Positions 1 through 8,877 of a stretch of DNA of 32,000 nucleotides are shown one piece after another. The stretch lies in the NCBI RefSeq assembly GCF_000018305.1, contig NC_009954.1, forward strand, positions 1,380,001 to 1,412,000, in the 5' to 3' direction. Position 1 is the stretch's first letter. Every line of letters begins with the position of its first letter. Source of the DNA: Caldivirga maquilingensis IC-167 (GTDB lineage Archaea; Thermoproteota; Thermoprotei; Thermoproteales; Thermocladiaceae). Both the position numbers and the translations under genes were made by a program. The notes beneath the pieces were generated by a model that did no database searches, was not told the DNA's origin, and saw only the letters and a program-made list of their open reading frames with translations.

Positions 1-734
1 TGCCTTAACGCTAAAATAGCTTGAAGCTCAATCCTATTCCTCTCACTAAGCGGTCTATCCAGTAACCCTGGGGTATCAATAACCTGGACAGCGTACATGC
101 CGTATACCTTAACGTGGCCTATTATGATTTGTTTAGTTGTGAATGGGTAATCGGCTATTTCAGGCTTCTTCGTTGAGACGCAGGCCACTAGGCTACTCTT
201 ACCGGTATTGGGCATTCCTGAGATGACTATTGTGGGCTTCTCAACGCTTACGGATGGTAGCCTACTAATCTTAATCGCAGCCTCCTTCAATGTCCTTAAC
301 TCTGGTTCTAAATCATTTATTAGGTCAATTATTCTTGATAAATACATTCTCCTAGCCTTAATTATCTCATCCTTATCCTGAGCGTACTTAATCATCCTTA
401 ACGCGTCCCTACTTATACTACTCACCGCCTTACTTGAATTAATGAGTTTACCCAGTGAATGCTTATAATCATCAATATTAATTATAATGCCTATCAACTC
501 CCTGTAGAAGGGGTGTAGATCATTCATGAAAGGCATGTTATATACAATACCCCTAAATAAGCTGAGCAACCAGCCTGAAGTCCCCTTAACCCTAGCCACC
601 TCAAGTCTCCTCAACCTTTCAATACCGGGAAGTGAGGTCGGTGACTTAGCTTCCATTGACCTATACTTACTAATGAACTGCCTAACAGCCTCCTCTGCAT
701 TGGGAATGTATGGTAACGTTGACTTGAAGTTCAC
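1..734 (-). CDS. Nog1-type GTP-binding protein (gene runs off the left window edge; C-terminus missing)
   Basis: Absent from the ORF track because it is open at the edge. Hand translation of the minus strand gives VNFKSTLPYIPNAEEAVRQFISKYRSMEAK...EKPTIVISGMPNTGKSSLVACVSTKKPEIADYPFTTKQIIIGHVKVYGMYAVQVIDTPGLLDRPLSERNRIELQAILALR. This carries a G1 P-loop (GMPNTGKS), G2 (YPFTT) and G3 (DTPG). The GTG start at 734 is my guess. The + ORF 526..738 is its antisense shadow. Confidence 0.8.
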   Translation of the reverse strand, partial: MNFKSTLPYIPNAEEAVRQFISKYRSMEAKSPTSLPGIERLRRLEVARVKGTSGWLLSLFRGIVYNMPFMNDLHPFYRELIGIIINIDDYKHSLGKLINSSKAVSSISRDALRMIKYAQDKDEIIKARRMYLSRIIDLINDLEPELRTLKEAAIKISRLPSVSVEKPTIVISGMPNTGKSSLVACVSTKKPEIADYPFTTKQIIIGHVKVYGMYAVQVIDTPGLLDRPLSERNRIELQAILALR

Positions 735-837
735 GTGAACGTTACTAAACCACCTATTAATAAACCGTCCGCCTCCTAGTTTGCCTCCTAGTTAAAGTTT
801 AAAACGCCTCAGTGGAGGGAAGTGAAGGTGTACTGTA

Positions 838-1440
838 ATGTCTGATCAACTCGAATTAATGACTGGAACCACGGTTGGTATAAAAGCTAAGGATGGTGTT
901 GTCCTGGCAGCTGAGAAGAGGGTTTCATACGGCTTCTACCTAATGAGTAAGTCAGGTAAGAAGGTTTACCCAATAACTAATAGGATTGGGTTAGCCTCAT
1001 CAGGTATTTTAGCTGATATTCAAACAATAACTAAGGTAATTAGGGCTAATATAGCTAACATGGAGATAGAAATGAAGAGGCCTGTCTCAGTTAGGGCAGC
1101 CGCCAAGTTACTGAGCATAATGCTGTTTCAAAACAAGTACATGCCCTACATAGCTGAAACCATGGTTGGTGGTATTGATGAGGAGGGGCCTAAATTATTC
1201 ATACTTGACTCATGGGGTTCATTAATTGAGGATGACTTCGCGGCTCTAGGTAATGGCGCTAGAACAGCCATAGGCCTAATAGAGACAGGTTACTCAAGCA
1301 GTATAACTGTTAAGGAGGCTAAGGAGTTAGCCATAAAGGCGATTAAGGAGGCTATTGCAAGGGACCCAACCTCAGGGGATGGTATAGATACCTTAGTAAT
1401 AACCGGCAACGGCTACTTAGAGGATTCAATTAAGCTTTAG
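838..1440 (+). CDS. psmB: proteasome subunit beta
   Basis: A short propeptide is followed by the catalytic Thr motif (MTG|TTVGIKAKDGVVLAAEKR). The length of 200 aa is typical of archaeal 20S beta subunits. A GGTG Shine-Dalgarno-like motif sits about 9 nt upstream of the ATG, and a TATA-like AAAGTTTAAAA lies at 794-804. Confidence 0.92.
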   Translation: MSDQLELMTGTTVGIKAKDGVVLAAEKRVSYGFYLMSKSGKKVYPITNRIGLASSGILADIQTITKVIRANIANMEIEMKRPVSVRAAAKLLSIMLFQNKYMPYIAETMVGGIDEEGPKLFILDSWGSLIEDDFAALGNGARTAIGLIETGYSSSITVKEAKELAIKAIKEAIARDPTSGDGIDTLVITGNGYLEDSIKL

Positions 1441-1472
1441 TGAATTACACAGGATCCTAAAGTGGCTGCGTA

Positions 1473-2186
1473 ATGCTTGTTGACTCCCACACCCACTTAT
1501 ATGAATTCAACAGTGATGAGTTAAGGAGTTTCAGTGAAATAGTTCTTGTCTCCGTGGCTGAGGATGTTGAATCATCAATGCTTGTCCTTAAATTAACAGA
1601 GGAATTCAGTAATGTTAATCCATGCATTGGTATACATCCATGGAACGTTAATAAAGTACCCTTCAGTGACGTCAATGTTATTGAGAATTTAGTGAAGAAT
1701 AATGATGTTAGGTGTCTTGGGGAGGTTGGTTTGGATCTTAAGTTTGTACCAGATACCATTGATAAGCAGAGGAGGTTCTTCAATGAGTTCCTAAGGATGG
1801 CTAGGGAATACGACCTAGTCCTCAACATCCACTCCCCTAACGCATGGGGGGAGGTGTTTGAAATGCTCATTAAGGCCGATGTAAATAGGGTAATGTTCCA
1901 CTGGTACACTGGGCCTCTTGACTTAATAAGTGACTTAACGGAACAGGGCTACTACATATCGATTAACGCGGCCATTAAGATTCAGGAGAAGTCCAGGAAG
2001 GTTGCTGAGGCTGTGCCGCTTCGCTTCATGCTTACTGAAAGCGATGGCCCATATGAGTATAGGGGAATTAAGTTAACACCACTCATGATTAAGGATACCG
2101 TTAATGAAATCGCTAAGGTAAGGGGGGTGGATGCGGAGACTATTGAGGACTCAGTCTACTTCAACTACACGAAGTTATTCAAGTAA
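1473..2186 (+). CDS. TatD-family metal-dependent hydrolase/DNase
   Basis: N-terminal DSHTHL metal-binding motif, an internal H.W and GE.GLD motifs, and a C-terminal TESDGP motif. 237 aa. Confidence 0.85.
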   Translation: MLVDSHTHLYEFNSDELRSFSEIVLVSVAEDVESSMLVLKLTEEFSNVNPCIGIHPWNVNKVPFSDVNVIENLVKNNDVRCLGEVGLDLKFVPDTIDKQRRFFNEFLRMAREYDLVLNIHSPNAWGEVFEMLIKADVNRVMFHWYTGPLDLISDLTEQGYYISINAAIKIQEKSRKVAEAVPLRFMLTESDGPYEYRGIKLTPLMIKDTVNEIAKVRGVDAETIEDSVYFNYTKLFK

Positions 2187-2288
2187 ATTACCTAACTTAC
2201 TTAAAGCCTTTTATAATAATGTGAACTCCTCATGGTTAGTTTAAGTATTGCGGAAATTTAATTAAGAGGTAATACTCATCTTCCACTA

Positions 2289-3431
2289 ATGTACGTGATT
2301 CAGAGGGAGGGTGCAGTCTCCTTCTATGCACCGGACTTAAGCAAGTACATTGCTGGTGGTCGTATTGAGCCTGCTTGGGCGCCAGTATTCTATAATCCAG
2401 CCATGGCTAATAATAGGAGTATATCAGTTATTATTGTTAGGGCTTACTTGAGGCTTCTTGGTAGGAACGGTGTATTATGTGAACCATTCACCGGTACCGG
2501 TGTGAGGAGTATTAGGTATGTTAAGGAGGCTGGGGTTGAGAAGGTTATTGCCGGTGATATTGATGATGCTGCGGTTAACTTAGCCTCAAGGAACGTTGAG
2601 TTAAATGGGTTAAGGGATCAGATTAAGGTAACTAGGAGTGATGCCAATGCCCTACTCGCTAATAATAAGTGCGATATAATTGATGTGGATCCCTACGGTT
2701 CACCAGCCCCATTCATTAACTCCGCCTTACTCTCAATTAAGCATGGTGGATTACTATGCGCCACGGCCACTGACTTAGCGGTACTGCAGGGTAGTTACGT
2801 TAATAAGGCGATTAGGAGGTATGGCTTTAGGCCACTTAGGGGCTTCTTATCTAGGGAAATAGGCTTAAGGGGTTTACTGGGGTTCATTGCTAGGCAAGCC
2901 CTGGTTATTGATGCTGGGGTTAAACCATTATTGGCGTATTGGGAGAGGCATTACTATAGAGTGTGCTTAATAGTGAGTAAGGATAGGGGGACTGCCAGGG
3001 AGACTGCGGGGAATCTGGGTTACGCCTACTACTGCAGTGAATCCTTGAGGAGGGGCTTCATTAAGGGGTATCCAATTGGCGTTAAGGGTGAGTGCGCGGT
3101 TAGTGGACCCCTGTGGATTGGGGCTATTGGGGATGTTGAATTCCTGGACTACTCATTATCATTAATTAATAATACTGATTACGAATTGAAGGCTGCTGAA
3201 ATAATTAAGGGGACACTGCCTGATAACCTACCAATACCCTTATACTACACTGTAACGGAGCTGGGTAGGGGTTTAGGCTTCGTACCGAGTCCATTGAGGC
3301 TTAGGGCATATTTAATGGAGAATGGTATTGAGGCCTACGGTACGCATTTCACTACTGATGGGGTTAAGACTAATGCTGAGCCATGGAGGTTAATTAGGAT
3401 TATTCACTCAATCCCTCTTACCAACAACTAA
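2289..3431 (+). CDS. trm1: tRNA (guanine26-N2)-dimethyltransferase Trm1
   Basis: [14 protein letters not shown], the SAM-binding [13 protein letters not shown], and the [10 protein letters not shown] motif, all characteristic of Trm1. 380 aa. Confidence 0.9.
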   Translation: MYVIQREGAVSFYAPDLSKYIAGGRIEPAWAPVFYNPAMANNRSISVIIVRAYLRLLGRNGVLCEPFTGTGVRSIRYVKEAGVEKVIAGDIDDAAVNLASRNVELNGLRDQIKVTRSDANALLANNKCDIIDVDPYGSPAPFINSALLSIKHGGLLCATATDLAVLQGSYVNKAIRRYGFRPLRGFLSREIGLRGLLGFIARQALVIDAGVKPLLAYWERHYYRVCLIVSKDRGTARETAGNLGYAYYCSESLRRGFIKGYPIGVKGECAVSGPLWIGAIGDVEFLDYSLSLINNTDYELKAAEIIKGTLPDNLPIPLYYTVTELGRGLGFVPSPLRLRAYLMENGIEAYGTHFTTDGVKTNAEPWRLIRIIHSIPLTNN

Positions 3432-4118
3432 GGCATGGGCCACATCATAGGGCTCTAGGTGAACCATGTTTATTATATCGAATCCCCTCTCCTTAATGGT
3501 ATCTATCTCCCTCTTAAAGGTTTCAGAGGGTTCCTTAGTGACGTCAATGGACATTGCCTTTATGACTAAGATTATGTAACCACCCTTAACTAAGTATACG
3601 TCTGCATTATCCGCAAGTATCTTAGCTTGAAACGGCTGGGCAACATCAATGTAGGCTACATCAACACCCTTAACCAGTGAAATATACTGCTCAGGATACC
3701 TGGCGTCGGCGAGTATTGGTATTACGTTTAACCTACCTTGATCTATGATATTCTGCATAAACTCCCTGAAAACCCTTGGACTAAACTCAACACCGTAAAT
3801 TAAGCCATTTAACCCAACTATATCACTAACATGGCTAACAGTTGTACCGCTTGCTGCACCAAGGTAAAGCACCTTAGAGCCTTCACTAATAGGCATGGCT
3901 TCAAGCTTATTCATTATTGCGGCACCAAGCTTAGACCTATAGGGGTTCCAAACCCTATACTCAACACCACCTAGGTTAATTAACTGCTCACCATACACCC
4001 TCTTCCCCGGCGTCAAATTCCTTGTGGCTAACCTGGTTGAGCCATCCTCAAACTCAATCCAGTAAACACCCTTAAACCTCTCATGCTCCTTAACATCCAC
4101 TGCCCTTACACTAGACAT
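3408..4118 (-). CDS. flpA: fibrillarin-like rRNA/tRNA 2'-O-methyltransferase
   Basis: [31 protein letters not shown], and DVAQP motifs. 236 aa. The 3' end overlaps the trm1 3' end convergently by 24 bp. Confidence 0.95.
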   Translation of the reverse strand: MSSVRAVDVKEHERFKGVYWIEFEDGSTRLATRNLTPGKRVYGEQLINLGGVEYRVWNPYRSKLGAAIMNKLEAMPISEGSKVLYLGAASGTTVSHVSDIVGLNGLIYGVEFSPRVFREFMQNIIDQGRLNVIPILADARYPEQYISLVKGVDVAYIDVAQPFQAKILADNADVYLVKGGYIILVIKAMSIDVTKEPSETFKREIDTIKERGFDIINMVHLEPYDVAHALVVGKRD

Positions 4119-4509
4119 ACTTAACCTTATTAATTAAGGTATTTAAGCCTTAGCGTCACTTCCTCATGAATACGTACGTGCCTTAACATTACTTGACTCC
4201 ATGCGGCTTAACGTTGGTTTACCCAATGAATCTAAGGTCTTATCCCCCTTAAGCCTGGGATTCATAGTCCTTATAATTACGTGCCTTCAACTAGCCTCTC
4301 CCGCCTTCATTGTCTTAATGGTTTAATGCCTTTTAAGGGTTATTCAGCCTTAATCTGGCTTAATTAAGTAATGCACTCAATGGGTGAATTAATTAGATGA
4401 GTTAGGTTGATGCTTGATATGTGTCAAATATCCATTGAGGATGCGTAATTCATTCATATGGTTAAGCTTAGTATCGTGAACATGCAATACTTTAAAGGCG
4501 GCGGCTCCT

Positions 4510-6636
4510 ATGGATAATATGAGTAAGGAGATTAGGGTTGAGGACTTAAGCCTTGAGGAGAGGGTTCAATTACTTGTTGGTGCGTCATGGCGTTTAAGGA
4601 GAATTCACGGTACCGCTGGTGAGACTAGGCCTGTTAGGGGTTTACCAATGGTTGCTATGGCTGATGGTCCTTCAGGTATTAGGATTGAGCCTAATCCAAT
4701 CAGGAGGTGGCCTGCCACAGCCTTCCCAGTACCCACTATGCTTGCTTCAACCTGGAACCCTGAGTTAGTGGAGGCTGTGGGTAGGGCTATGGGTGAGGAG
4801 GCTAGGGATTACGGTATAGGGGTATTCCTTGCACCCGGTATTAATATTCATAGGCATCCACTCTGTGGTAGGAATTTCGAATACTTCTCAGAGGATCCGC
4901 TCCTAGCCGGTAAGATTGCCTCAGCCTACGTTAAGGGTGTTCAATCAGTTGGTGTTGCCGCAACACCTAAGCACTTTGCTGCTAATGAGCAGGAGACTAA
5001 TAGGACTACAGTGGATACTATTGTGGATGAGAGGACTCTTAGGGAGATTTACCTTAAGCCCTTTGAGATAGTGGTTAAGGAGGCTAAGCCGTGGGCAATA
5101 ATGAGCTCCTACAATAAGCTTAACGGTAAGTACGCCTCCCAGAACGAGTGGTTGTTAACTAAGGTGCTTAGGGAGGAGTGGGGGTTTGATGGCATAGTTA
5201 TGAGTGACTGGGGTGCAGGTGATAATCCCATTGAGCAGGTTAAGGCGGGTAATGACTTAATAATGCCTGGTAGTGATGAGATTGTTTCAAGGCTTATTGA
5301 TGCTGTTAAGAGGGGTGAGTTAAGTGAGGATTACGTTAATAGGAGTGCCGCTAGGGTTCTTGAATTCATTAAGAGGACCCTAGCTTATAAGGGCTATAAG
5401 CCAACTAATTCCCCTAACCTTAAGGAACACGCCAAGTTAGCCTATGAGGCTGCTGCAGAGGGCGTGATTCTGCTTAAGAATAATGATGCACTACCACTTA
5501 ATGCAAACGCCAGGATTGCCTTATTCGGTACTGGGCAGGTTGAGACTAATAGGGGTGGTTTAGGTAGTGGGCATACTCATCCAAGGTACTTCATTAATAT
5601 TCTCGATGGTTTAAGGAGTAGGGGGTTGAGGATTGATGAGGAGTTATCATCAATATACGTTAATTACGTTAAGGAGAATAGGGGTGAGGATTACTTATGC
5701 GCCCTATACTACGAGGAAGCTTACTCAGAGCCCCTGCCCCAGGACATTATTAGTGAGGAGCAGGTTAGGAAGTACGCTGAACGTAATGACGCAGCCATTG
5801 TGGTTATTTCAAGGAATTCAGGTGAGGGTTGGGATAGGAGGGCTGTTAAGGGTGATTACTACCTAACTGATAGTGAACGCAGACTCATTGAAATTGTTTC
5901 AAGGCAATTCCACGCATTAGGTAAGAAGGTTACTGTTCTACTCAATATACCGGCGCCAATCGAGGTGGCCAGTTGGAGGGATTTAGTGGACGCCATACTG
6001 CTTGTTTGGCTCCCTGGACAGGAGGCTGGTAGGGTTATTGCCGATGCCTTAATAGGTGTTGTTAACCCGTCAGGTAAACTACCAGTGACCTTCCCTAAGG
6101 ATTGGGGTGATGTACCTACATCCAAGTCCCCTGAATGCTACCCAGGGATACCTAAGGAGAACCCTGGGGCTGTTAGGTATTGTGAGGGAATCTACGTGGG
6201 TTATAGGTATTACGATAAGTACAGCGTTGAACCAGCCTATGAATTCGGCTACGGCCTATCATACACCAGGTTTGAGTATAGGGGATTAAGCGTGGTTAAG
6301 GATGGTGAATTAATTAAGGTATCCTTCGACGTGGTTAATGTGGGTAAGCACCCAGGCAAGGAGGTTGCCCAGGTTTACGTTAAGGCTCCGCAGGGTAAGC
6401 TTGATAAGCCCGTGCAGGAATTGAAGGCGTTTAAGAAAACTAGGTTACTGAATCCAGGTGAGTTAGAGCACGTTGAGTTAACCATTAATGTTAGGGACTT
6501 GGCAAGCTTTGATGAGAGTAGGGGCATGTGGATTATTGATGATGGTGAGTACGAGGTTAGGGTTGGGGCATCATCAAGGGACATACGCCTAACAGGTAAA
6601 TTCACTGTAAGCGGTGTTATTGAGTTTAAGCCATGA
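4510..6636 (+). CDS. glycoside hydrolase family 3 beta-glucosidase (no signal peptide; cytoplasmic)
   Basis: GH3 N-domain motifs are present (GPSGIR, NIHRHPLCGRNFEYFSEDP, and GFDGIVMSDWGA with the nucleophile Asp). The alpha/beta sandwich domain and the C-terminal Fn3-like domain (EVAQVYV...ELKAFKK) follow. The start could be ATG 4519, which fits better with the TATA-like ACTTTAAAGG at 4486-4495. Confidence 0.9.
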   Translation: MDNMSKEIRVEDLSLEERVQLLVGASWRLRRIHGTAGETRPVRGLPMVAMADGPSGIRIEPNPIRRWPATAFPVPTMLASTWNPELVEAVGRAMGEEARDYGIGVFLAPGINIHRHPLCGRNFEYFSEDPLLAGKIASAYVKGVQSVGVAATPKHFAANEQETNRTTVDTIVDERTLREIYLKPFEIVVKEAKPWAIMSSYNKLNGKYASQNEWLLTKVLREEWGFDGIVMSDWGAGDNPIEQVKAGNDLIMPGSDEIVSRLIDAVKRGELSEDYVNRSAARVLEFIKRTLAYKGYKPTNSPNLKEHAKLAYEAAAEGVILLKNNDALPLNANARIALFGTGQVETNRGGLGSGHTHPRYFINILDGLRSRGLRIDEELSSIYVNYVKENRGEDYLCALYYEEAYSEPLPQDIISEEQVRKYAERNDAAIVVISRNSGEGWDRRAVKGDYYLTDSERRLIEIVSRQFHALGKKVTVLLNIPAPIEVASWRDLVDAILLVWLPGQEAGRVIADALIGVVNPSGKLPVTFPKDWGDVPTSKSPECYPGIPKENPGAVRYCEGIYVGYRYYDKYSVEPAYEFGYGLSYTRFEYRGLSVVKDGELIKVSFDVVNVGKHPGKEVAQVYVKAPQGKLDKPVQELKAFKKTRLLNPGELEHVELTINVRDLASFDESRGMWIIDDGEYEVRVGASSRDIRLTGKFTVSGVIEFKP

Positions 6637-6671
6637 TTCATAAAGCCCCTTAAACACTCAACGCTTCTCCC

Positions 6672-7160
6672 TTACATAGAGTTAAGCCTCAACACACAGG
6701 GTGTGTAACCCATTCGCCTAATTAACGAGGCCACTAGTAGTGATGGATCCTGGTTAGTCTTAAGCTTAAAGAAGTGGCTTACACAATTGCAGTCACTGGA
6801 GCCGAAGCCCCTGGCAGCAACCTCAGTATCCCTACACTCAAGGAGTGCTTGAGCAACCTCATGCTCTATGAATGATTCATTAACGTAGATTATGCTATAT
6901 GGCTCAACACTATTATTAACTAGAATGTAATCCAGATGCCACCTGAGTTTACCAGTCTTAAGCCTAACCAACCTAAGATGCCTACCCACCCTAGTCTTAA
7001 CCCCCACCTTAGCTGAACCAACGTATGCATAATACCCCTCACTTAACGTAACCCAACCCAGTGAGGCAACCTTAACAGAGACCGGTGCTGAAACCTTAAG
7101 GATAAGCACATACGTTCCCCTCTCCACGCTTAACTCATTAAAATCCACTACACACCGCAT
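6672..7160 (-). CDS. DUF123 / GIY-YIG (Uri) superfamily nuclease-like protein
   Basis: GYYAYVGSA...RVGRHLR...KLRWHLDYI...GFGSSDCNCVSHFF matches the DUF123 pattern (GxYxYVGSA, RH, WHIDY, GFGSSDC.C.SHLF). Confidence 0.75.
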   Translation of the reverse strand: MRCVVDFNELSVERGTYVLILKVSAPVSVKVASLGWVTLSEGYYAYVGSAKVGVKTRVGRHLRLVRLKTGKLRWHLDYILVNNSVEPYSIIYVNESFIEHEVAQALLECRDTEVAARGFGSSDCNCVSHFFKLKTNQDPSLLVASLIRRMGYTPCVLRLNSM

Positions 7161-7198
7161 TTGAGTGAGGTTTATCTGCCCTAGATTTAAACTAGCAT

Positions 7199-7945
7199 GT
7201 GGCTAAGGTATACATTGTTGGGGCTGGTCCAGGGGATCCTGAGTTAATTACAGTTAAGGCTATTAAACTAGTGGAGTCAGCTGATGTAATTATCTACGAT
7301 AGGTTAATCCCAGTGGATGTTCTTAAACATGCCAAGGAGGGGGCTGAGTTAATATACGTTGGTAAGGAACCTGGTAAACACACCATGGAGCAGGGTGAGA
7401 TTAATGAATTACTCCTCAGGAAGGCCCTTGAAGGTAAAATGGTTGTTAGGCTTCATGGAGGCGACCCATTCGTCTTCGGTAGGGGTTTCGAGGAATGCCA
7501 ATACTTAATTAAGAATGGGGTTGAATGCGAAGCAGTACCCGGAGTAACCAGCGCCATAGCGGCACCGGAGCAGTACCTGGTCCCAATACTACTTAGGGGT
7601 GTGTCCAGTAGTGTCGCCTTAGTGACTGGTAGGGAGGATCCGGGAAAGGGGTTTAGGGAAGTTGACTTTAAGAAACTAGCCACGGTCGTTGGCACAATAG
7701 TAATACTAATGGGTGCCTCTGAGGCATGCAGGATAGCTGAGGAGCTTATTCAAGGAGGCTTAGATTCAAGTACACCTGTGGCGGTAGTGACGAGGGCCTA
7801 CATGAGTGATTCAAGAATTCAATTCACAACCCTAAGTGAAATATCTAAGTGCAGAATCACCGTGGAGAATCCATCAGTAATAATAGTGGGTAAGTCAGTC
7901 AAGCTCAGTCCACTATATGAAGATACCGTAGACCACTCAGCATGA
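7199..7945 (+). CDS. cobA: uroporphyrinogen-III C-methyltransferase (SUMT)
   Basis: VYIVGAGPGDPELITVKA, VVRLHGGDPFVFGRG, and VPGVTSA motifs of the tetrapyrrole methylase family. GTG start. Confidence 0.88.
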   Translation: MAKVYIVGAGPGDPELITVKAIKLVESADVIIYDRLIPVDVLKHAKEGAELIYVGKEPGKHTMEQGEINELLLRKALEGKMVVRLHGGDPFVFGRGFEECQYLIKNGVECEAVPGVTSAIAAPEQYLVPILLRGVSSSVALVTGREDPGKGFREVDFKKLATVVGTIVILMGASEACRIAEELIQGGLDSSTPVAVVTRAYMSDSRIQFTTLSEISKCRITVENPSVIIVGKSVKLSPLYEDTVDHSA

Positions 7946-8024
7946 TGAACCTTAAATTAATACCTAATCCTGCATCTTAGCCTACTTCATTACTAATCTT
8001 CCTTTCGATTCATTACCTCAGTTC

Positions 8025-8655
8025 ATGGTGAGAATCAACCCGCCTGGGTATAGGAAGAGGCGTGGGTTGAGGGTGCTCTGGGTTGTGCTTAGGAACGACC
8101 AGTACAGGATTGAAGGAGACAGGATAGTTCTGAGGGGGTTAGGAGCTGTGGGTGGGATTGAGGTATGGTATAAAGGACTTATACACATCAGGGGTAAGCA
8201 GGGTAGAATGGAGATGCACCACGACCTAGACGGAAAGAAGTGGTACGCCCACATAGTGTTCGAGGTTGAGGAAAAGATGGTTAGGGGTAGTAGCTTTAGA
8301 ATCCCCCTCAAGCCAGTAGGCGATAAGGAGGCTGGTGTTGATGCGGGTGTCAACAATCTCCTAGTCGTCTACATTGATGACTCAGCACTACTGGTGAGTG
8401 GGAGGCCTCTGAAGGCAATCAGTCTCTACTGGAGGGGCAGGATAGACATCAATAACATGCCCAATATGCAGAACAACGGAGAGGCATGAGAGGATAAGGA
8501 GGGGTTTATTCAAATGCCACGCGCACGACAAGGTATTCAACGCAGACCTAGTGGGGGTATTCAACATACTAGCAGGGAGGAAAGCCATAACCCCAATTCC
8601 CTCCCTCACGGGAGGGATAAGGGTAATTGGGCCAGAGACCCAGCCCATTGGCTGA
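8025..8655 (+). pseudogene. tnpB: IS200/IS605-family TnpB (OrfB) remnant: 5'-truncated, internally deleted and frameshifted
   Basis: Frame 3 (8025-8489) encodes NPPGYRKRRG...LRNDQYRI...GKQG...KKWYAHIVFEV...AGVDAGVNNLLVVY, which includes the RuvC-I Asp region. It then runs into a stop. Frame 1 (8491-8655) encodes FKCHAHDKVFNADLVGVFNILAGRKAITPIPSLTGGIRVIGPETQPIG*, the TnpB zinc-finger end plus the RuvC-III NADxNAA.NI-like motif. The two pieces together give about 210 aa against about 400 aa for an intact TnpB. Confidence 0.8.
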
Positions 8656-8877
8656 ACCAGGCAGGAACCCGGGATGCAGCCGCAAACCAATGAACCACCC
8701 TAAAGAACGGGGAGGAGGTTAGTCATTAAGTTTATTGTGATTTGTCTCTAATGTCCGATCAACTTTAGGATGCTTAAAGTATGTATTGAATAATCATTAA
8801 TGTGTGATGAATTTAAAGAGAATGAAGGATGAAGGGAAAAGAAGATAGTTTTAATTTAATTAATCATTGATTCATCC

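Noticed and set aside
526-738. 70-aa + strand ORF
   Set aside because: It lies entirely antisense to the Nog1-type GTPase gene, whose motifs are unambiguous on the minus strand. It is a shadow ORF.
1457-1909. 150-aa minus-strand ORF, and similar internal or antisense ORFs (5633, 5859, 6107, 6375, 7453, 8018, 8388, 10149, 10776, 12174, 14430, 14455, 15270, 17486, 18408, 18633, 18909, 20690, 21029, 21957, 22747, 22784, 24138, 24749, 26772, 27375, 27900, 29623, 30213)
   Set aside because: Each overlaps a longer ORF with clear family motifs on the other strand or in another frame. They have low-complexity Ser/Leu/Pro-rich composition and no recognisable motifs.
4201-4326. 41-aa ORF (MRLNVGLPNESKVLSPLSLGFIVLIITCLQLASPAFIVLMV) in the flpA-GH3 spacer
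   Set aside because: It is hydrophobic enough to be a micro-membrane protein. However, it has no TATA box at the right distance and no Shine-Dalgarno motif, and I cannot assess its conservation. It is too short to support.
8803-8850. C/D-like string GTGATGA-atttaaagagaa-TGAA-GGATGAA-gggaaaagaaga
   Set aside because: The C box is good and the spacing is tempting. However, there is no CTGA D box (or D') anywhere downstream, so no K-turn can form.
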